Origin: Chloroflexota bacterium
Lineage (GTDB): Bacteria > Chloroflexota > Limnocylindria > Limnocylindrales > CSP1-4
Direction: 5' to 3'
Length of the DNA: 64,000 bases
Assembly (NCBI GenBank): GCA_042408445.1
Contig: JBHORC010000023.1
Location: forward strand, 11,920-75,919
Shown: positions 27,066 to 36,690 of the stretch, one piece after another
Numbering within the stretch: the first letter of the stretch is position 1
Layout of the letters: every line of letters starts with the position of its first letter
Made by a program: the position numbers and the translations under genes
The notes under the pieces: generated by a model
Told to the model about the DNA's origin: nothing
What the model saw: the letters and a program-made list of their open reading frames with translations, nothing else
Database searches by the model: none

Positions 27066-27560
27066 TCAGCCGAGGTTCCGGAATGGCTCCGGCACGCGTC
27101 CCGAGAGCGGCAGCTGCCAGGACGCCGGGAGCGCTTCCGCGACGGCGGGGTCATCCTGGGCGAGCCAGGCAAGGTGGCGCAGGCCGTGCTCCATCACGGC
27201 GCCGATCTCGATGGCAGCCGGCGCGCTCGTTGCCGCCGACCGGGCAAGCTCGCTCCGCCGGACTGGCTCCCGGGCCATCGGTCCGATGACGGCCGCGTCG
27301 ATCACGACCACAAAGCTGAGGATGACGGCATTCCGGTCGCGTCGCCACGACGTCGAGTGGACGAGGATCGGCGGCCCAACCGTCTCGCGGACGATCCGGT
27401 CGACGACCTCGACGGGATGCTCGGCGGCGCCGAGCTGGACGATCCAGGCCTGCGGCCCGTCCGGCCCCGTGAGGACGATCTCGCCATCGACGAGGGACAG
27501 GACGAAGATCTCGGCCTGGACGGGGCTGTCGACGTCCCAGCCGTTCGGCGTGCGACTCAC
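27066..27560 (-). CDS. hypothetical protein (164 aa)
   Basis: Only the C-terminal third of ORF 27066..28550 has protein-like composition. The remainder is antisense to the YcaQ-like gene. GTG at 27560. Confidence 0.4.
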   Translation of the reverse strand: MSRTPNGWDVDSPVQAEIFVLSLVDGEIVLTGPDGPQAWIVQLGAAEHPVEVVDRIVRETVGPPILVHSTSWRRDRNAVILSFVVVIDAAVIGPMAREPVRRSELARSAATSAPAAIEIGAVMEHGLRHLAWLAQDDPAVAEALPASWQLPLSGRVPEPFRNLG

Positions 27561-27641
27561 CGTCGCATCGTAGCCGTCGTCGCGAGCGGAACGGCCGGGA
27601 ACCTGACGGGACCTGACCGGCGCCGTCCGTAGACTCGCCCA

Positions 27642-28736
27642 GTGACGAACCTGGCGATCGCCCACGCACGACTCCGGAACAGCCGGCTCGCCACCGACCC
27701 GCTGGCCACGTCGCAGGACGTCGTCCGGTGGTTCGGCGCGGTCCAGTCGCAGGACGTTCCCGGTGCGCTCTGGGCGATCGCCCAGCGCCTGCCCGCGGGA
27801 ACCGGCGTGGAGGAGGTCGCCGGCGCGTTCGACCATGGGGAGATCATCCGCACTCACGCGCTGCGGCCGACCTGGCATTTCCTCGCACCGGACGAGCTGC
27901 GCTGGATCCAGGCGCTGACGGGCGAGCGGGTCCATCGTGTCGCCGGCTCGATGTATCGCCGTCTCGGCCTGGACGCCGCCGAGTTCCGGCGAGCCGAGGC
28001 GGCGATGCGGGAGGCGCTGTCCGGCGGTCGCGCGCTGACGCGTGACGAGCTCCGGCCGCCCGTCGCCGCGACGGGCCTCGACGTCGCCGACCCGCTCGTG
28101 ATCACCCATCTCGCGATGCACGCCGAGCTCGACGCGGTGATCTGCAGCGGACCGCGGCGGGGCAAGGAGTTCACCTACCAGCTGGTCGACGAGCGCATCC
28201 CGGCGACGCCACCTCGCACCGCCGACGACGCGCTGCGGGACCTCGCCGGCCGCTACTTCACGAGCCACGGTCCTGCCCTCGTCCACGACATGGCCTGGTG
28301 GTCCGGGCTGACCGTCACGGCGGTCCGGCGCGGGGTGGAGCTCGCCGGCGACGTCCTCGAGCACCGCGAGATCGACGGCAAGCGCTACGTCGCCGCAACC
28401 GGTGGATTCGAGCCGGCTGACGTGACGGACCCGCACGTCCTCCTCCTCTCGAACTACGACGAGTACCTCGGCTCCTACACGGACTACTCGCCGATCTTCG
28501 ACGTGTCGCTGCCGCAGGCGCGAACCGTTGCCGACGTCCTCGGCGTCCACATCGTGGTCCGCGACGGTCTGGTCGTCGGTGGCTGGCGGCGTGCGTTCCG
28601 GGGCCGCCGAGCGGTGGCCACCGTCAGCCTGCTGAAGCCGCTCTCCGCCGAGGAGCGGCGGGCGCTGGAACGCGAGACGGAGCGCTGGGCCGCGTTCTTC
28701 GGGCTGCAGCCGGAGCTCGTCGTCCGCGAGGCGTAG
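27642..28736 (+). CDS. winged-helix DNA glycosylase of the YcaQ/AlkZ (DUF1006) family
   Basis: VVRWFGAVQSQDVPGALWAIAQR (Q-x-Q/D catalytic region), IIRTHALRPTWHF and MHAELDAVICSGPRRGKEFTY. Confidence 0.75.
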   Translation: MTNLAIAHARLRNSRLATDPLATSQDVVRWFGAVQSQDVPGALWAIAQRLPAGTGVEEVAGAFDHGEIIRTHALRPTWHFLAPDELRWIQALTGERVHRVAGSMYRRLGLDAAEFRRAEAAMREALSGGRALTRDELRPPVAATGLDVADPLVITHLAMHAELDAVICSGPRRGKEFTYQLVDERIPATPPRTADDALRDLAGRYFTSHGPALVHDMAWWSGLTVTAVRRGVELAGDVLEHREIDGKRYVAATGGFEPADVTDPHVLLLSNYDEYLGSYTDYSPIFDVSLPQARTVADVLGVHIVVRDGLVVGGWRRAFRGRRAVATVSLLKPLSAEERRALERETERWAAFFGLQPELVVREA

Positions 28737-28808
28737 CGCCGGTTCGCCCGCCTCGCTCGGAGCGGGCCGCGTCGCGATTCCTTGGTCGAGCCGGCCTTCG
28801 CGGAGCCC

Positions 28809-30338
28809 TCAGGCGACGACGTGCCGCCGCCGGTTCTCCCGCCGCCGGCCGATGGCAGCTTCGGCGTCGCCGGCGACCGGAGCAGCCGCGGGCGCGACCA
28901 GCGGCAGTTCCGTCTGGTCGACGAGCCCGGACCGCAGGATCCGCTGCAGCTCGGCGTCGATCGCGGGATCCGTCTCGAGCTGCGCGTACGCCGCGAGCCG
29001 GCGGTTCACCTCGTCGGTCGCCCGCTCGTCGATCTCCTTGGCGCCGGCCTTCGTCCACGCCTCCCGGTTGTCCCGGTCGATCAGCGTCGAGGGCAGGAGG
29101 AGCTCCGTGGGCCAGTGCTCCAGCGTGTGCGGCGCCATGATCAGGTGCTGATCGGCCATCAGCTGGTCGATGAGGTCGCTGACCGGCAGGTCGCCCTGCT
29201 CGCGGACCTCGCGGACGAAATGAAGCGCCTGACCGCACATCGCGTCGTCGTAGACGAGCTTCGGCAGGGAGAAGACGAGCAGGAAGTCCAGCATCCCCGG
29301 GCCGCTCACGCTGTTCACGCCGGCGAGCGCCGCCAGGAGGGCCGACCCGAACGTCTCCGCACCGGCCTGGGCATCGAGCGTCTTCGCGTCGGACAGCGCC
29401 ATGTACGACTGCGTCGGCAGCCCGAGCCATTTCGCCACGGCGACGTACGCGACGTCGAGCTGGAGCGCCTCGATCGCCGCCATCGGCGACGACGCGATCT
29501 TCATGTGGAACGTGGCGGGCGCGCCGCCGAAGAGGACGGGTGCCCCCGGCCGGACGATCTGGGCCATCGTGATGCCGGCAAGGACATCGATCGTGTGGAA
29601 GACCGTCGCGCCGATCAGCGTCACGGGCGCGATCAGCCCCATGAGCGTCACCGGCACGATCTCGACCGGGATCCCGGCCTCGACGCAGTCGATCAGGTTC
29701 TGGCAGGAGTCCTCGCTGTACCGGAAGTTGCCGGTCGCGGTGATCGTGAAGATCGACATCGGCCGGGCGCGAAGGTCGTCGGCGCCGTCCCGGAACAGCG
29801 CCATCATCTCGGTCATCCGCGGCACGCCGTGCTCCGTGAAGGCCCCCGAGACGACCGGCTTCGTCGAGTTCGTCAGGCAGAGGTAGAGGCGCCACGCATC
29901 GGAGACCTGCGGCTCGATGTCCGAGGTCGAGAACGCCGTGGCCAGGTAGGGGATATTGGCGAGCCCATCGCCGAGCCGGATGTACTCGGCGAAGTCCTGG
30001 CTCTGCGCCAGCCGTGTCTCGCCGGTGCGATGGTCGAGGACCTTCAGGCCGCTGGAGCCGGGGATGAAGTGGACCCGGTCGTCGCCGAGATCCGCGCGGA
30101 CGCCGCCGTCCCGACCGAAGAGCTGGAACGAGCCCGGCGCAACCCGGATCGCCTCCTCGACGACTTCTCGGGGGAACAGGATCCGGCCGTCCGGTCGCTG
30201 CGGCAGGCCCGCCGCGATGAGCCGTTCGCGCATGCCCGCGCCGCGGATCTCCATGCCGTGGGTCGCCAGCACGCGCTTCGCCTCGTCGACGATCCGCTCG
30301 ACGAGCGCCGGCTCCAGGATGTTCAGGCTCGGTCGCAT
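28809..30338 (-). CDS. second MttB-family methyltransferase (non-pyrrolysine type), divergent paralogue
   Basis: [56 protein letters not shown]; 509 aa without an in-frame TAG. Confidence 0.8.
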   Translation of the reverse strand: MRPSLNILEPALVERIVDEAKRVLATHGMEIRGAGMRERLIAAGLPQRPDGRILFPREVVEEAIRVAPGSFQLFGRDGGVRADLGDDRVHFIPGSSGLKVLDHRTGETRLAQSQDFAEYIRLGDGLANIPYLATAFSTSDIEPQVSDAWRLYLCLTNSTKPVVSGAFTEHGVPRMTEMMALFRDGADDLRARPMSIFTITATGNFRYSEDSCQNLIDCVEAGIPVEIVPVTLMGLIAPVTLIGATVFHTIDVLAGITMAQIVRPGAPVLFGGAPATFHMKIASSPMAAIEALQLDVAYVAVAKWLGLPTQSYMALSDAKTLDAQAGAETFGSALLAALAGVNSVSGPGMLDFLLVFSLPKLVYDDAMCGQALHFVREVREQGDLPVSDLIDQLMADQHLIMAPHTLEHWPTELLLPSTLIDRDNREAWTKAGAKEIDERATDEVNRRLAAYAQLETDPAIDAELQRILRSGLVDQTELPLVAPAAAPVAGDAEAAIGRRRENRRRHVVA

Positions 30339-30409
30339 CGCCGGCCATCATGCAGGACCCGGACGGCGCGCCGCGCTCGCGATCCGCGCCGTACGCCTAC
30401 CCTGAACCC

Positions 30410-31141
30410 ATGTCCGACGAGACCCCGACTCCGCTCCACGATCGCGTCGTCCTGATCACCGGCGCGACGGGTGCCCTCGGCCGTGTCGCCACGAGGGAGT
30501 TCGGCGCGGCAGGCGCTCGTCTCGGCCTGGTCGGCACGAACGGCGATCGACTCACGGAGGTGGCCAACGAGGCGGGGCTCGCGGCGGACCGATGGCTGCC
30601 CGCAACGGCGGACCTGCGCGTCGCGGAGGAGACGGCGGCCGCGGTCGACGCCATCGTCGAGCGGTTCGGTCGCGTCGACGTCGTCCTCCACCTGGTCGGG
30701 GGGTTCGTGCCCGGCGCGCCCGTGACGGAGCTCGATCCCGAGCAGCTCCGCTTCATGCTCGACCAGCACGTCTGGTCGACGGTCCACGTCGTTCGGGCGG
30801 TCCTGCCCGGGATGACCGATCGCGGCTGGGGCCGGATCCTCGCCGTCACGTCGTTCACGACGGTCTCGACGCCCGCGAAGGCGGCGATCTACGCCACGAC
30901 GAAGGCTGCTCAGGAGACCTTCCTCCGGACGGTCGCGAAGGAGGTCGGCGGCTCCGGCGTCACCGTGAACACGGTGGCCGTGCGGGCGATCGACGCCGAG
31001 CATGCCCGCGAGCGCGACCCGAGCCCGAAGAACGCGGCGTGGACCACTCCCGAGGAGATCGTGGCGACGTTCCGGTACCTGTGCTCCGATGATGCTGAAG
31101 GCATCAACGGCGCGCGGATCCCGATGGACGGCCGGAGCTAG
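30410..31141 (+). CDS. short-chain dehydrogenase/reductase
   Basis: VVLITGATGALG, YATTKAAQE (Yxxx K) and GVTVNTVAV. Confidence 0.8.
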   Translation: MSDETPTPLHDRVVLITGATGALGRVATREFGAAGARLGLVGTNGDRLTEVANEAGLAADRWLPATADLRVAEETAAAVDAIVERFGRVDVVLHLVGGFVPGAPVTELDPEQLRFMLDQHVWSTVHVVRAVLPGMTDRGWGRILAVTSFTTVSTPAKAAIYATTKAAQETFLRTVAKEVGGSGVTVNTVAVRAIDAEHARERDPSPKNAAWTTPEEIVATFRYLCSDDAEGINGARIPMDGRS

Positions 31142-31142
31142 C

Positions 31143-32474
31143 TCAGCGCCGGGGCGGGTCCTCTGCCAGGACGGCGCCAGCGGGTCGGTCCGGCTCGACC
31201 TCGATCCCGGCCGGCGCATCCGGCGCCACGTCCGTCAGCCCGTCGTCGCCCGGCTCGGCCCGGTCCAGGTCCAGCGTGCGAAGGGTGGGCACAAGGAGGG
31301 CGGTCGCCGCGACCACCGCAAGCGTCAGCACGCCACCGCCGACGACGCTCGGCACGGTCCCGAACGCGCGCGCCGCCACGCCGCTCTCGAACGCGCCCAG
31401 CTCGTTCGATGCGCCGATGAAGATCCAGTTCACGGACGCGACCCGGCCCCGGATCCGCTCGGGCGAGAGGACGCGGAGGATCGTGTTCCGGATGATCATG
31501 CTCACCCCGTCGGTCACGCCGGAGACGAACAACGCGACGAGCGACACCGCGAAGACCGTCGAGGCGCCGAACACGACCATGCTCACCCCGAAGCCGGCCA
31601 CGCACACGAACAGCAGCGGACCGGCGTGGCGGCTCGGCGGCCGGCGGGTCGCGACGATCATCACGAGAAGCGCCCCGACCGACGGCGCGGTCCGGAGCAC
31701 GCCGAGCCCCACGGAGCCGACGTGGAGGATGTCGGTCGCGAAGATCGGCAGGAGCGCGATCGCGCCACCGAAGAACACCGCGAAGAGGTCGAGCGCCATC
31801 GAGCCGAGGAGCGCGGGCGTCCGGCGGACGTAGCGGATCCCGCCGAGCAGGCTCTGGACGAACGGCTCGCCGACGATCGGGGCAGCGACCGGCTTGGGTG
31901 CGATCGTGACCAGGCACAGGGTCGATGCGGCAAGCAGCAGCGCGATGACGCCGTACGTCGCCGGGATGCCGATCACGGCGATCGCAATCCCGCCGGCCGC
32001 CGGGCCGATGATCGCTCCGGCCTGGCTCACCGTGCTCAGGGTCGAGACGCCACGCGCCGCGGATTCGCGGGGCACGACCTGGGCCTCGATGGCCGTGAGC
32101 GCGGGTCGTTCGAAGCCGCTGGCGATCCCGGTCGCGAAGATCACGGCGAGGATCCCGAGGAGCGTCGCGCCGGCCGCGGCCTGGGCGGCGAGGGCGATCG
32201 CGCAGATCGTGACCGCGGTGCTCGTCGCGACGACGATCGCGCGTCGCTCGCGTCGATCCGCGACGTGCCCGCCGAACAGCACGAGGGACAGGGCGGGGAT
32301 CGCCTCGACGAGCCCGAGCCAGCCGAGCGACAGGGGATCCCGGGTCAGCTCGTAGACCTGGAACGCGACCACCGTGGCGAGCGCGCTGACCGCCAGCGCG
32401 TTCGTCGTCCGCGCGCCGAGCAGCGCCCGGAACTCCGGCAGCTGGAGAAGGGAGGCGTCGCTGGGCTCGGGCAC
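31143..32474 (-). CDS. MFS transporter (EntS/MFS_3-like)
   Basis: About 12 TM segments and GGHVADRRERR. Start GTG 32474 was chosen to avoid the cupredoxin gene, so it is uncertain. Confidence 0.7.
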   Translation of the reverse strand: MPEPSDASLLQLPEFRALLGARTTNALAVSALATVVAFQVYELTRDPLSLGWLGLVEAIPALSLVLFGGHVADRRERRAIVVATSTAVTICAIALAAQAAAGATLLGILAVIFATGIASGFERPALTAIEAQVVPRESAARGVSTLSTVSQAGAIIGPAAGGIAIAVIGIPATYGVIALLLAASTLCLVTIAPKPVAAPIVGEPFVQSLLGGIRYVRRTPALLGSMALDLFAVFFGGAIALLPIFATDILHVGSVGLGVLRTAPSVGALLVMIVATRRPPSRHAGPLLFVCVAGFGVSMVVFGASTVFAVSLVALFVSGVTDGVSMIIRNTILRVLSPERIRGRVASVNWIFIGASNELGAFESGVAARAFGTVPSVVGGGVLTLAVVAATALLVPTLRTLDLDRAEPGDDGLTDVAPDAPAGIEVEPDRPAGAVLAEDPPRR

Positions 32475-32551
32475 CGGCGGATGGTAGGTCAGACGGGCAG
32501 CGGAAGCGCCCGCCGGCAACCGGCGGGCGCTCCATGCGAGGGCGAGGTCCG

Positions 32552-32920
32552 TCAGGGCGCGACCGTCACGGAGCCTTTCATGTTCTGGGGGTGGAGATGG
32601 CACTGGTAGGAGAACGTGCCGGCCGACGGGAACGTGAAGGTCACGGATTGCCCCGGCTGCATCTCTATCGGACCGTTCGGCAACCCGCCGTCGAGGAACT
32701 GCACGGAGTGGGTGAAGTGGTCGTGGTTCGTCCACGTGACCGTGTCGCCCGGATGGACGGAGATCGCGGCGGGGGCGAACCGGTACGAGGCCGGGAGGTC
32801 GACCGTCGTCGTCGCCACCGGCGACGCGTTCGAGCCGCCGGTGGCGCTCGAGCAGCCGGTCAGGGCGGTCGCCGCGACGACGGCGAGGATCAGGCCCGCC
32901 GCTCGAGCCATCGGGGTCAT
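32552..32920 (-). CDS. cupredoxin (blue-copper) lipoprotein
   Basis: LTGCSS lipobox. TWTNHDHFTHSV and YQCHLHPQNM supply candidate His/Cys/His/Met ligands. Confidence 0.75.
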   Translation of the reverse strand: MTPMARAAGLILAVVAATALTGCSSATGGSNASPVATTTVDLPASYRFAPAAISVHPGDTVTWTNHDHFTHSVQFLDGGLPNGPIEMQPGQSVTFTFPSAGTFSYQCHLHPQNMKGSVTVAP

Positions 32921-32921
32921 G

Positions 32922-33227
32922 TCAGGCACGACCCCCAACCGATGAGCGATCCAGGATCGTCCGGGTCGCGGCGACAAAGACGAGCACGAAGGCGAGCAGG
33001 TCGAGGACTTCGCTGATCGTGTGGGCGAAGAGGAAGACCGTCCAGTCGAGGTGGTAGGTCATGTAGCTGATCTCGGCGAGCGCGAACAGCGAGAATGCCC
33101 AGCCGAGCGTCTGGGCGCCGGCACCGAACGACCGCCAGGCGAAGTACGCGCCGATTGCGAACAGGATCACGTGGATGGCCAGAAACCCGATCGGGGGGAT
33201 CTGGTTGACGAAGTCACCGAAGGGCAT
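32922..33227 (-). CDS. small membrane protein (101 aa, 3 TM)
   Basis: Hydrophobic throughout. Its stop is 1 nt before the cupredoxin start. Confidence 0.5.
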   Translation of the reverse strand: MPFGDFVNQIPPIGFLAIHVILFAIGAYFAWRSFGAGAQTLGWAFSLFALAEISYMTYHLDWTVFLFAHTISEVLDLLAFVLVFVAATRTILDRSSVGGRA

Positions 33228-33486
33228 CTCGATCGCTCCTTTTCGGCCGGTCCGTCCGGCTGGATTGGCGGACCCCGTCGGCGACGACGCCGACGAGGCC
33301 CATGACCATTCCGACGAGGACGACGAGGTGCGCCGCGTGCTCTCCGAGCGTGAACCCGGCCGCTGCCCCGGGTGCCGCGAACGAGTGCTCGGCGAGGTCG
33401 AAGACCAGGCCGAACCCGATCGTCGCTGCTCCGAGCTTCGTCAGCCCGGGGACGTGCTGGGCGGGTCGCTGAGCGGGATCGAGCAT
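33214..33486 (-). CDS. small membrane protein (90 aa) with His-rich helices
   Basis: ATG 33486 (MLDPAQRPAQH...). FDLAEHSF and LGEHAAHLVVLVGMV. It overlaps the next gene by 14 nt. Confidence 0.45.
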   Translation of the reverse strand: MLDPAQRPAQHVPGLTKLGAATIGFGLVFDLAEHSFAAPGAAAGFTLGEHAAHLVVLVGMVMGLVGVVADGVRQSSRTDRPKRSDRDALR

Positions 33487-33506
33487 GGCCTGCGTGCCTC
33501 TCGCGT

Positions 33507-33585
33507 CTCTATCGTTAACAGCGGCTATGATTAGACGAGATGCACGGCCTGTCAACTGTTTCGTCAGTCGACACGTGCGATAGAG
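33507..33585. promoter_or_regulatory. divergent promoter/operator region with nested inverted repeats
   Basis: CTCTATCG (33507-14) pairs with CGATAGAG (33578-85). TGTCAAC-N10-GTCGACA lies at 33550-73. The segment is relatively AT-rich, between 33486(-) and 33596(+). Confidence 0.3.
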
Positions 33586-33595
33586 TCGAGGAACG

Positions 33596-34261
33596 ATGAA
33601 CGACGACGCCCTCGAACGACTCGCGCCCCTCGCCGACCGCGTTCGGCGAGCGCTCTACAGCTTCGTGGTCGCACAGGCGCAGCCGGTCGACCGCGATTCC
33701 GCCGCTGCCGGGACGGGGATCGGCAGGGCACTCGCCGCGTTCCATCTCGATCGGCTCGTCGCGGCCGGATTGCTGTCCGCCGAGTACCACCGTCGCAGCG
33801 GCCGGACGGGACCCGGCGCCGGACGGCCCGCGAAGTTCTACGCGCGGCGGGCCGGCAACGAGGTGGCGGTGTCGCTGCCCCAACGGGACTACGACGAGGT
33901 CGCGGAGATCCTCGCCGAGGCCGTGGAGGCCTCGGACACGGCCGAGGCGGCTGCGCTCGATGCGGCACGCCGCCGCGGTCGACAGGTCGCGGACGAGGCA
34001 CGCGCGGCCAGTGACGCGCCGGCTCTTGTGGACACGCTTGCGACCCGCGGCTATGAACCGTTCGTCGATTCGGCCGGCGTCGTCCGCCTCCGGAACTGCC
34101 CCTTCGATCGGCTCGCGAACGATCATCGGAGCCTGACCTGCTCGCTCAACCTGGCGATGCTCTCCGCCCTCGGCGAGGAGTTGGAGCCGGGGAGGATGGA
34201 GGCGACACCGCAGCGACCCGACGAGTCGTGCTGCGTCGCGTTCGTGCCCCGACCGGCCTGA
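33596..34261 (+). CDS. winged-HTH transcriptional regulator (ArsR-like N-terminus) with Cys-containing C-terminal domain
   Basis: RRALYSFVVAQAQPVDRDSAAAGTGIGRALAAFHLDRLVAAGLL, then RLRNCPFD...LTCSLN...ESCCVAF. Confidence 0.6.
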   Translation: MNDDALERLAPLADRVRRALYSFVVAQAQPVDRDSAAAGTGIGRALAAFHLDRLVAAGLLSAEYHRRSGRTGPGAGRPAKFYARRAGNEVAVSLPQRDYDEVAEILAEAVEASDTAEAAALDAARRRGRQVADEARAASDAPALVDTLATRGYEPFVDSAGVVRLRNCPFDRLANDHRSLTCSLNLAMLSALGEELEPGRMEATPQRPDESCCVAFVPRPA

Positions 34262-34417
34262 TCAGGTCGGCACTCCGCCGGCGGCTGCTCAACGGCGCGT
34301 CACCGTCGCCTCACCCGCCCTCGCGCTCTTCGCCCGGGAACGGGAACCGCAGGCCGGTTGCCACCGTCTCCGGCCGATTGCGGTGCCTGCCGCGGTTCCT
34401 GCGTGTCCGGAGCTCTC

Positions 34418-35413
34418 ATGTCCGCTCGACCCGTCCGCCAGTCCATCCTCCTCGCGTCCGTTGCCGCGTTGGCCGTCGCCGCCGCGGCATGCAGCGCGAC
34501 ACCGGGACCGTCTCCGTCGTCCGCACCGCCTGCGGCCAGCCCGTCCGGATCGACCTCCAGCCCGCAGACGCCGAGCGCGTCGGCCGAGCCCTCCAAGGTC
34601 GAGGCCAGCCTCCTCCTGGAGGTCACCTCCGAAGGCGGGTTCATCAACCCGGTCGCGAACCTGAACGCGCTGCCTGTCGTCGAGGTCTACACCGACGGCC
34701 GGATCCTCACGCCGGCACCCCAGGACGCGATCGCCCCGGGTCCGCTCCTGCCGACGGTCGACGTCCGAAGCGTGGGATCGGCCGGTGCCACCGCCATCGC
34801 GGCGGCGATTCATGCCGCCGGCCTGGACGTGCCCGCGACTGCCGGTCCGGGTGTTCCCGGCGACTCCGGCACGGACGTGTTCACGGTCACGATCGACGGG
34901 CAGACGACCGAGACGCGGCTGTCCGGCAACGGTCCGGGCATCGGCGAGCCGGGCGGCCCGGTGATCGGCGGCGTGGGGTCCGGACGGAGCATGGACCCGA
35001 GCGCTGCCGGCGCGGGAGCCAGTGCCGGCAGCGACGCGGAGCGGGCCGCGGCGTTCGCCCTCCTGGCGCGGCTGCTCGACCCAGGGGAGACCTGGGGCGC
35101 GGCCGCATCGGCGCCGACGCGCTACGTCCCCGCCGGCTATCGCCTGTTCGCTGCACCCGCGTCGCCCTCAGGAGGACCGTCGACACCGGGGTCCGTCGCG
35201 TGGCCGCTCGCGACGCCACTCGCCGAGTTCGGTTCGCCGGCGCAGCCGGACCGCGGAGTTCCCGGCCTTCGCCAGGGAGCGGTCCTCGGCGCAGACGCCG
35301 CGACCGTCGCGCCCCTCCTCTCCGCCGCAACGCAGGACACGACCTTCTCGTCCGGTGGATCGTCGTGGACGCTCTACGTCCGGCCGCTGCTCCCGGACGA
35401 GCTGGCGGGCTGA
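34418..35413 (+). CDS. lipoprotein, unknown function
   Basis: MSARPVRQSILLASVAALAVAAAAC lipobox followed by a Ser/Pro-rich linker. Confidence 0.55.
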   Translation: MSARPVRQSILLASVAALAVAAAACSATPGPSPSSAPPAASPSGSTSSPQTPSASAEPSKVEASLLLEVTSEGGFINPVANLNALPVVEVYTDGRILTPAPQDAIAPGPLLPTVDVRSVGSAGATAIAAAIHAAGLDVPATAGPGVPGDSGTDVFTVTIDGQTTETRLSGNGPGIGEPGGPVIGGVGSGRSMDPSAAGAGASAGSDAERAAAFALLARLLDPGETWGAAASAPTRYVPAGYRLFAAPASPSGGPSTPGSVAWPLATPLAEFGSPAQPDRGVPGLRQGAVLGADAATVAPLLSAATQDTTFSSGGSSWTLYVRPLLPDELAG

Positions 35414-35462
35414 GGCGAGCCGCAGGAGGCCCGAGGCGAGCCGTCGGCGCACAATCGCCGGG

Positions 35463-36551
35463 ATGAGGGGTCGTTTCAGCCAGCCGTCCGTCGCCGCGGT
35501 CGCCCTCGCCCCGCTCCGGTTCTTCCTCGGCGGCACGTTCGTCTACGCGGGCCTCGACAAGCTCCTCGACCCGCGCTTCTTCGACCCCGCGAGCGCCGCC
35601 TCGATCCAGGCCCAGATGCTCGTGTTCACCCGCGTCTCGCCGATCGGTGGCCTCGTCCGGCTCGGCCAGCCGCTTGCGGTTCCGATCGGCCTGGCGATCG
35701 CATTTGCCGAAATCGCCGTCGGGATCGGCGCGCTCACCGGCCTGGCGTTCCGTCTTGCCGCGTCGGTCGGCGCAGCCCTCGCGATCCTGTTCTTCCTCAC
35801 GGCGTCCTGGTCGACGCACCCCTTCTACTACGGGCCGGACCTGCCGGTCGCCGCCGGCTGGATCACGCTCGCGTTGACGGGTCACGGCGGTGTCCTGATC
35901 GCGCGGCGCCTGATCGATTCGGTGGGGCCGGTGGCGACGCCTCCGGCCGCGCCGCCGGGAACCGCGAGCCCGACATCCGCCGTCGCCCGGGCGCATCCCG
36001 CCGTCGCCGCCGATCGTCCTGCGCTCGAGGGCCGCCGAGCCATTCTCCAGGCCGGGCTGCTCGGACTCCTCGCCCTGGTCGCCGGATCCCTCGCCGTCCC
36101 GTTCCGGACGGCGGCTCCCGAAGAGGACCTGGACAGCCAGGCTCCCGGGCCCTCGCCGGCCGCCAGCCCGGTCGCGTCGGCACCCGGAGCGAGCGCAGGT
36201 GCCTCCGGAGCGATCGGAGCCCGCATCGCCACGACCGCCGAGCTGCTCCGGTCCGGGGCGAAGGCCTTCACCGTTCCATTCACCGCGGCGGCGCCGCTGC
36301 CGGCCGGCGACCCGGGTGTGGTCGTGCGGCTCGCCGACGGCTCGTTCGTTGCCTTCGACGCGACGTGCACCCACGCCGGCTGCCGCGTCGAGTGGGACCG
36401 CCAGGATCAGGTGCTCGTCTGCCCGTGCCATGGCGCCGTCTTCGACCCCGCGGCGGACGGCGCGGCAGTCGATGGCCCGACGAACGAGCCCCTCGCTCGG
36501 CTCCCGATCTCCGTCGACGCGACGACCGGAACGATCACCCTTCGCGGCTGA
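35463..36551 (+). CDS. DoxX-like membrane domain fused to a Rieske [2Fe-2S] domain
   Basis: N-terminus LRFFLGGTFVYAGLDKL with 4 TM segments. C-terminus CTHAGC...CPCHG, the Rieske motif. Confidence 0.7.
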   Translation: MRGRFSQPSVAAVALAPLRFFLGGTFVYAGLDKLLDPRFFDPASAASIQAQMLVFTRVSPIGGLVRLGQPLAVPIGLAIAFAEIAVGIGALTGLAFRLAASVGAALAILFFLTASWSTHPFYYGPDLPVAAGWITLALTGHGGVLIARRLIDSVGPVATPPAAPPGTASPTSAVARAHPAVAADRPALEGRRAILQAGLLGLLALVAGSLAVPFRTAAPEEDLDSQAPGPSPAASPVASAPGASAGASGAIGARIATTAELLRSGAKAFTVPFTAAAPLPAGDPGVVVRLADGSFVAFDATCTHAGCRVEWDRQDQVLVCPCHGAVFDPAADGAAVDGPTNEPLARLPISVDATTGTITLRG

Positions 36552-36690
36552 GCGGCCGGCCGCGTCGCCCGTCGAGGGATCCGTGGCTGGACGAGCGAAC
36601 TGCGACGAATCGTTGACGTCGCGTTGATTCCTGCCCCGGGACCCGGGCGATATGGTGCCTCCACCGATCGCGTGCCCGGAGGAGGATCCC

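Noticed and set aside
27561-28550. Upstream 330 codons of ORF 27066..28550(-)
   Set aside because: It is antisense to the well-supported YcaQ-like gene and has Arg/Asp/Gly-rich composition.
22998-30338. Pyrrolysine (in-frame TAG) in the two MttB-family genes
   Set aside because: Both reading frames are continuous at full family length (507 and 509 aa). No pylTSBCD-like genes or extra tRNA are present.
33175-33534. Plus-strand ORFs 33021..33305 and 33175..33534
   Set aside because: They are antisense to the hydrophobic small membrane-protein genes of the cupredoxin operon. Their composition is charged and Arg-rich, and they have no RBS.
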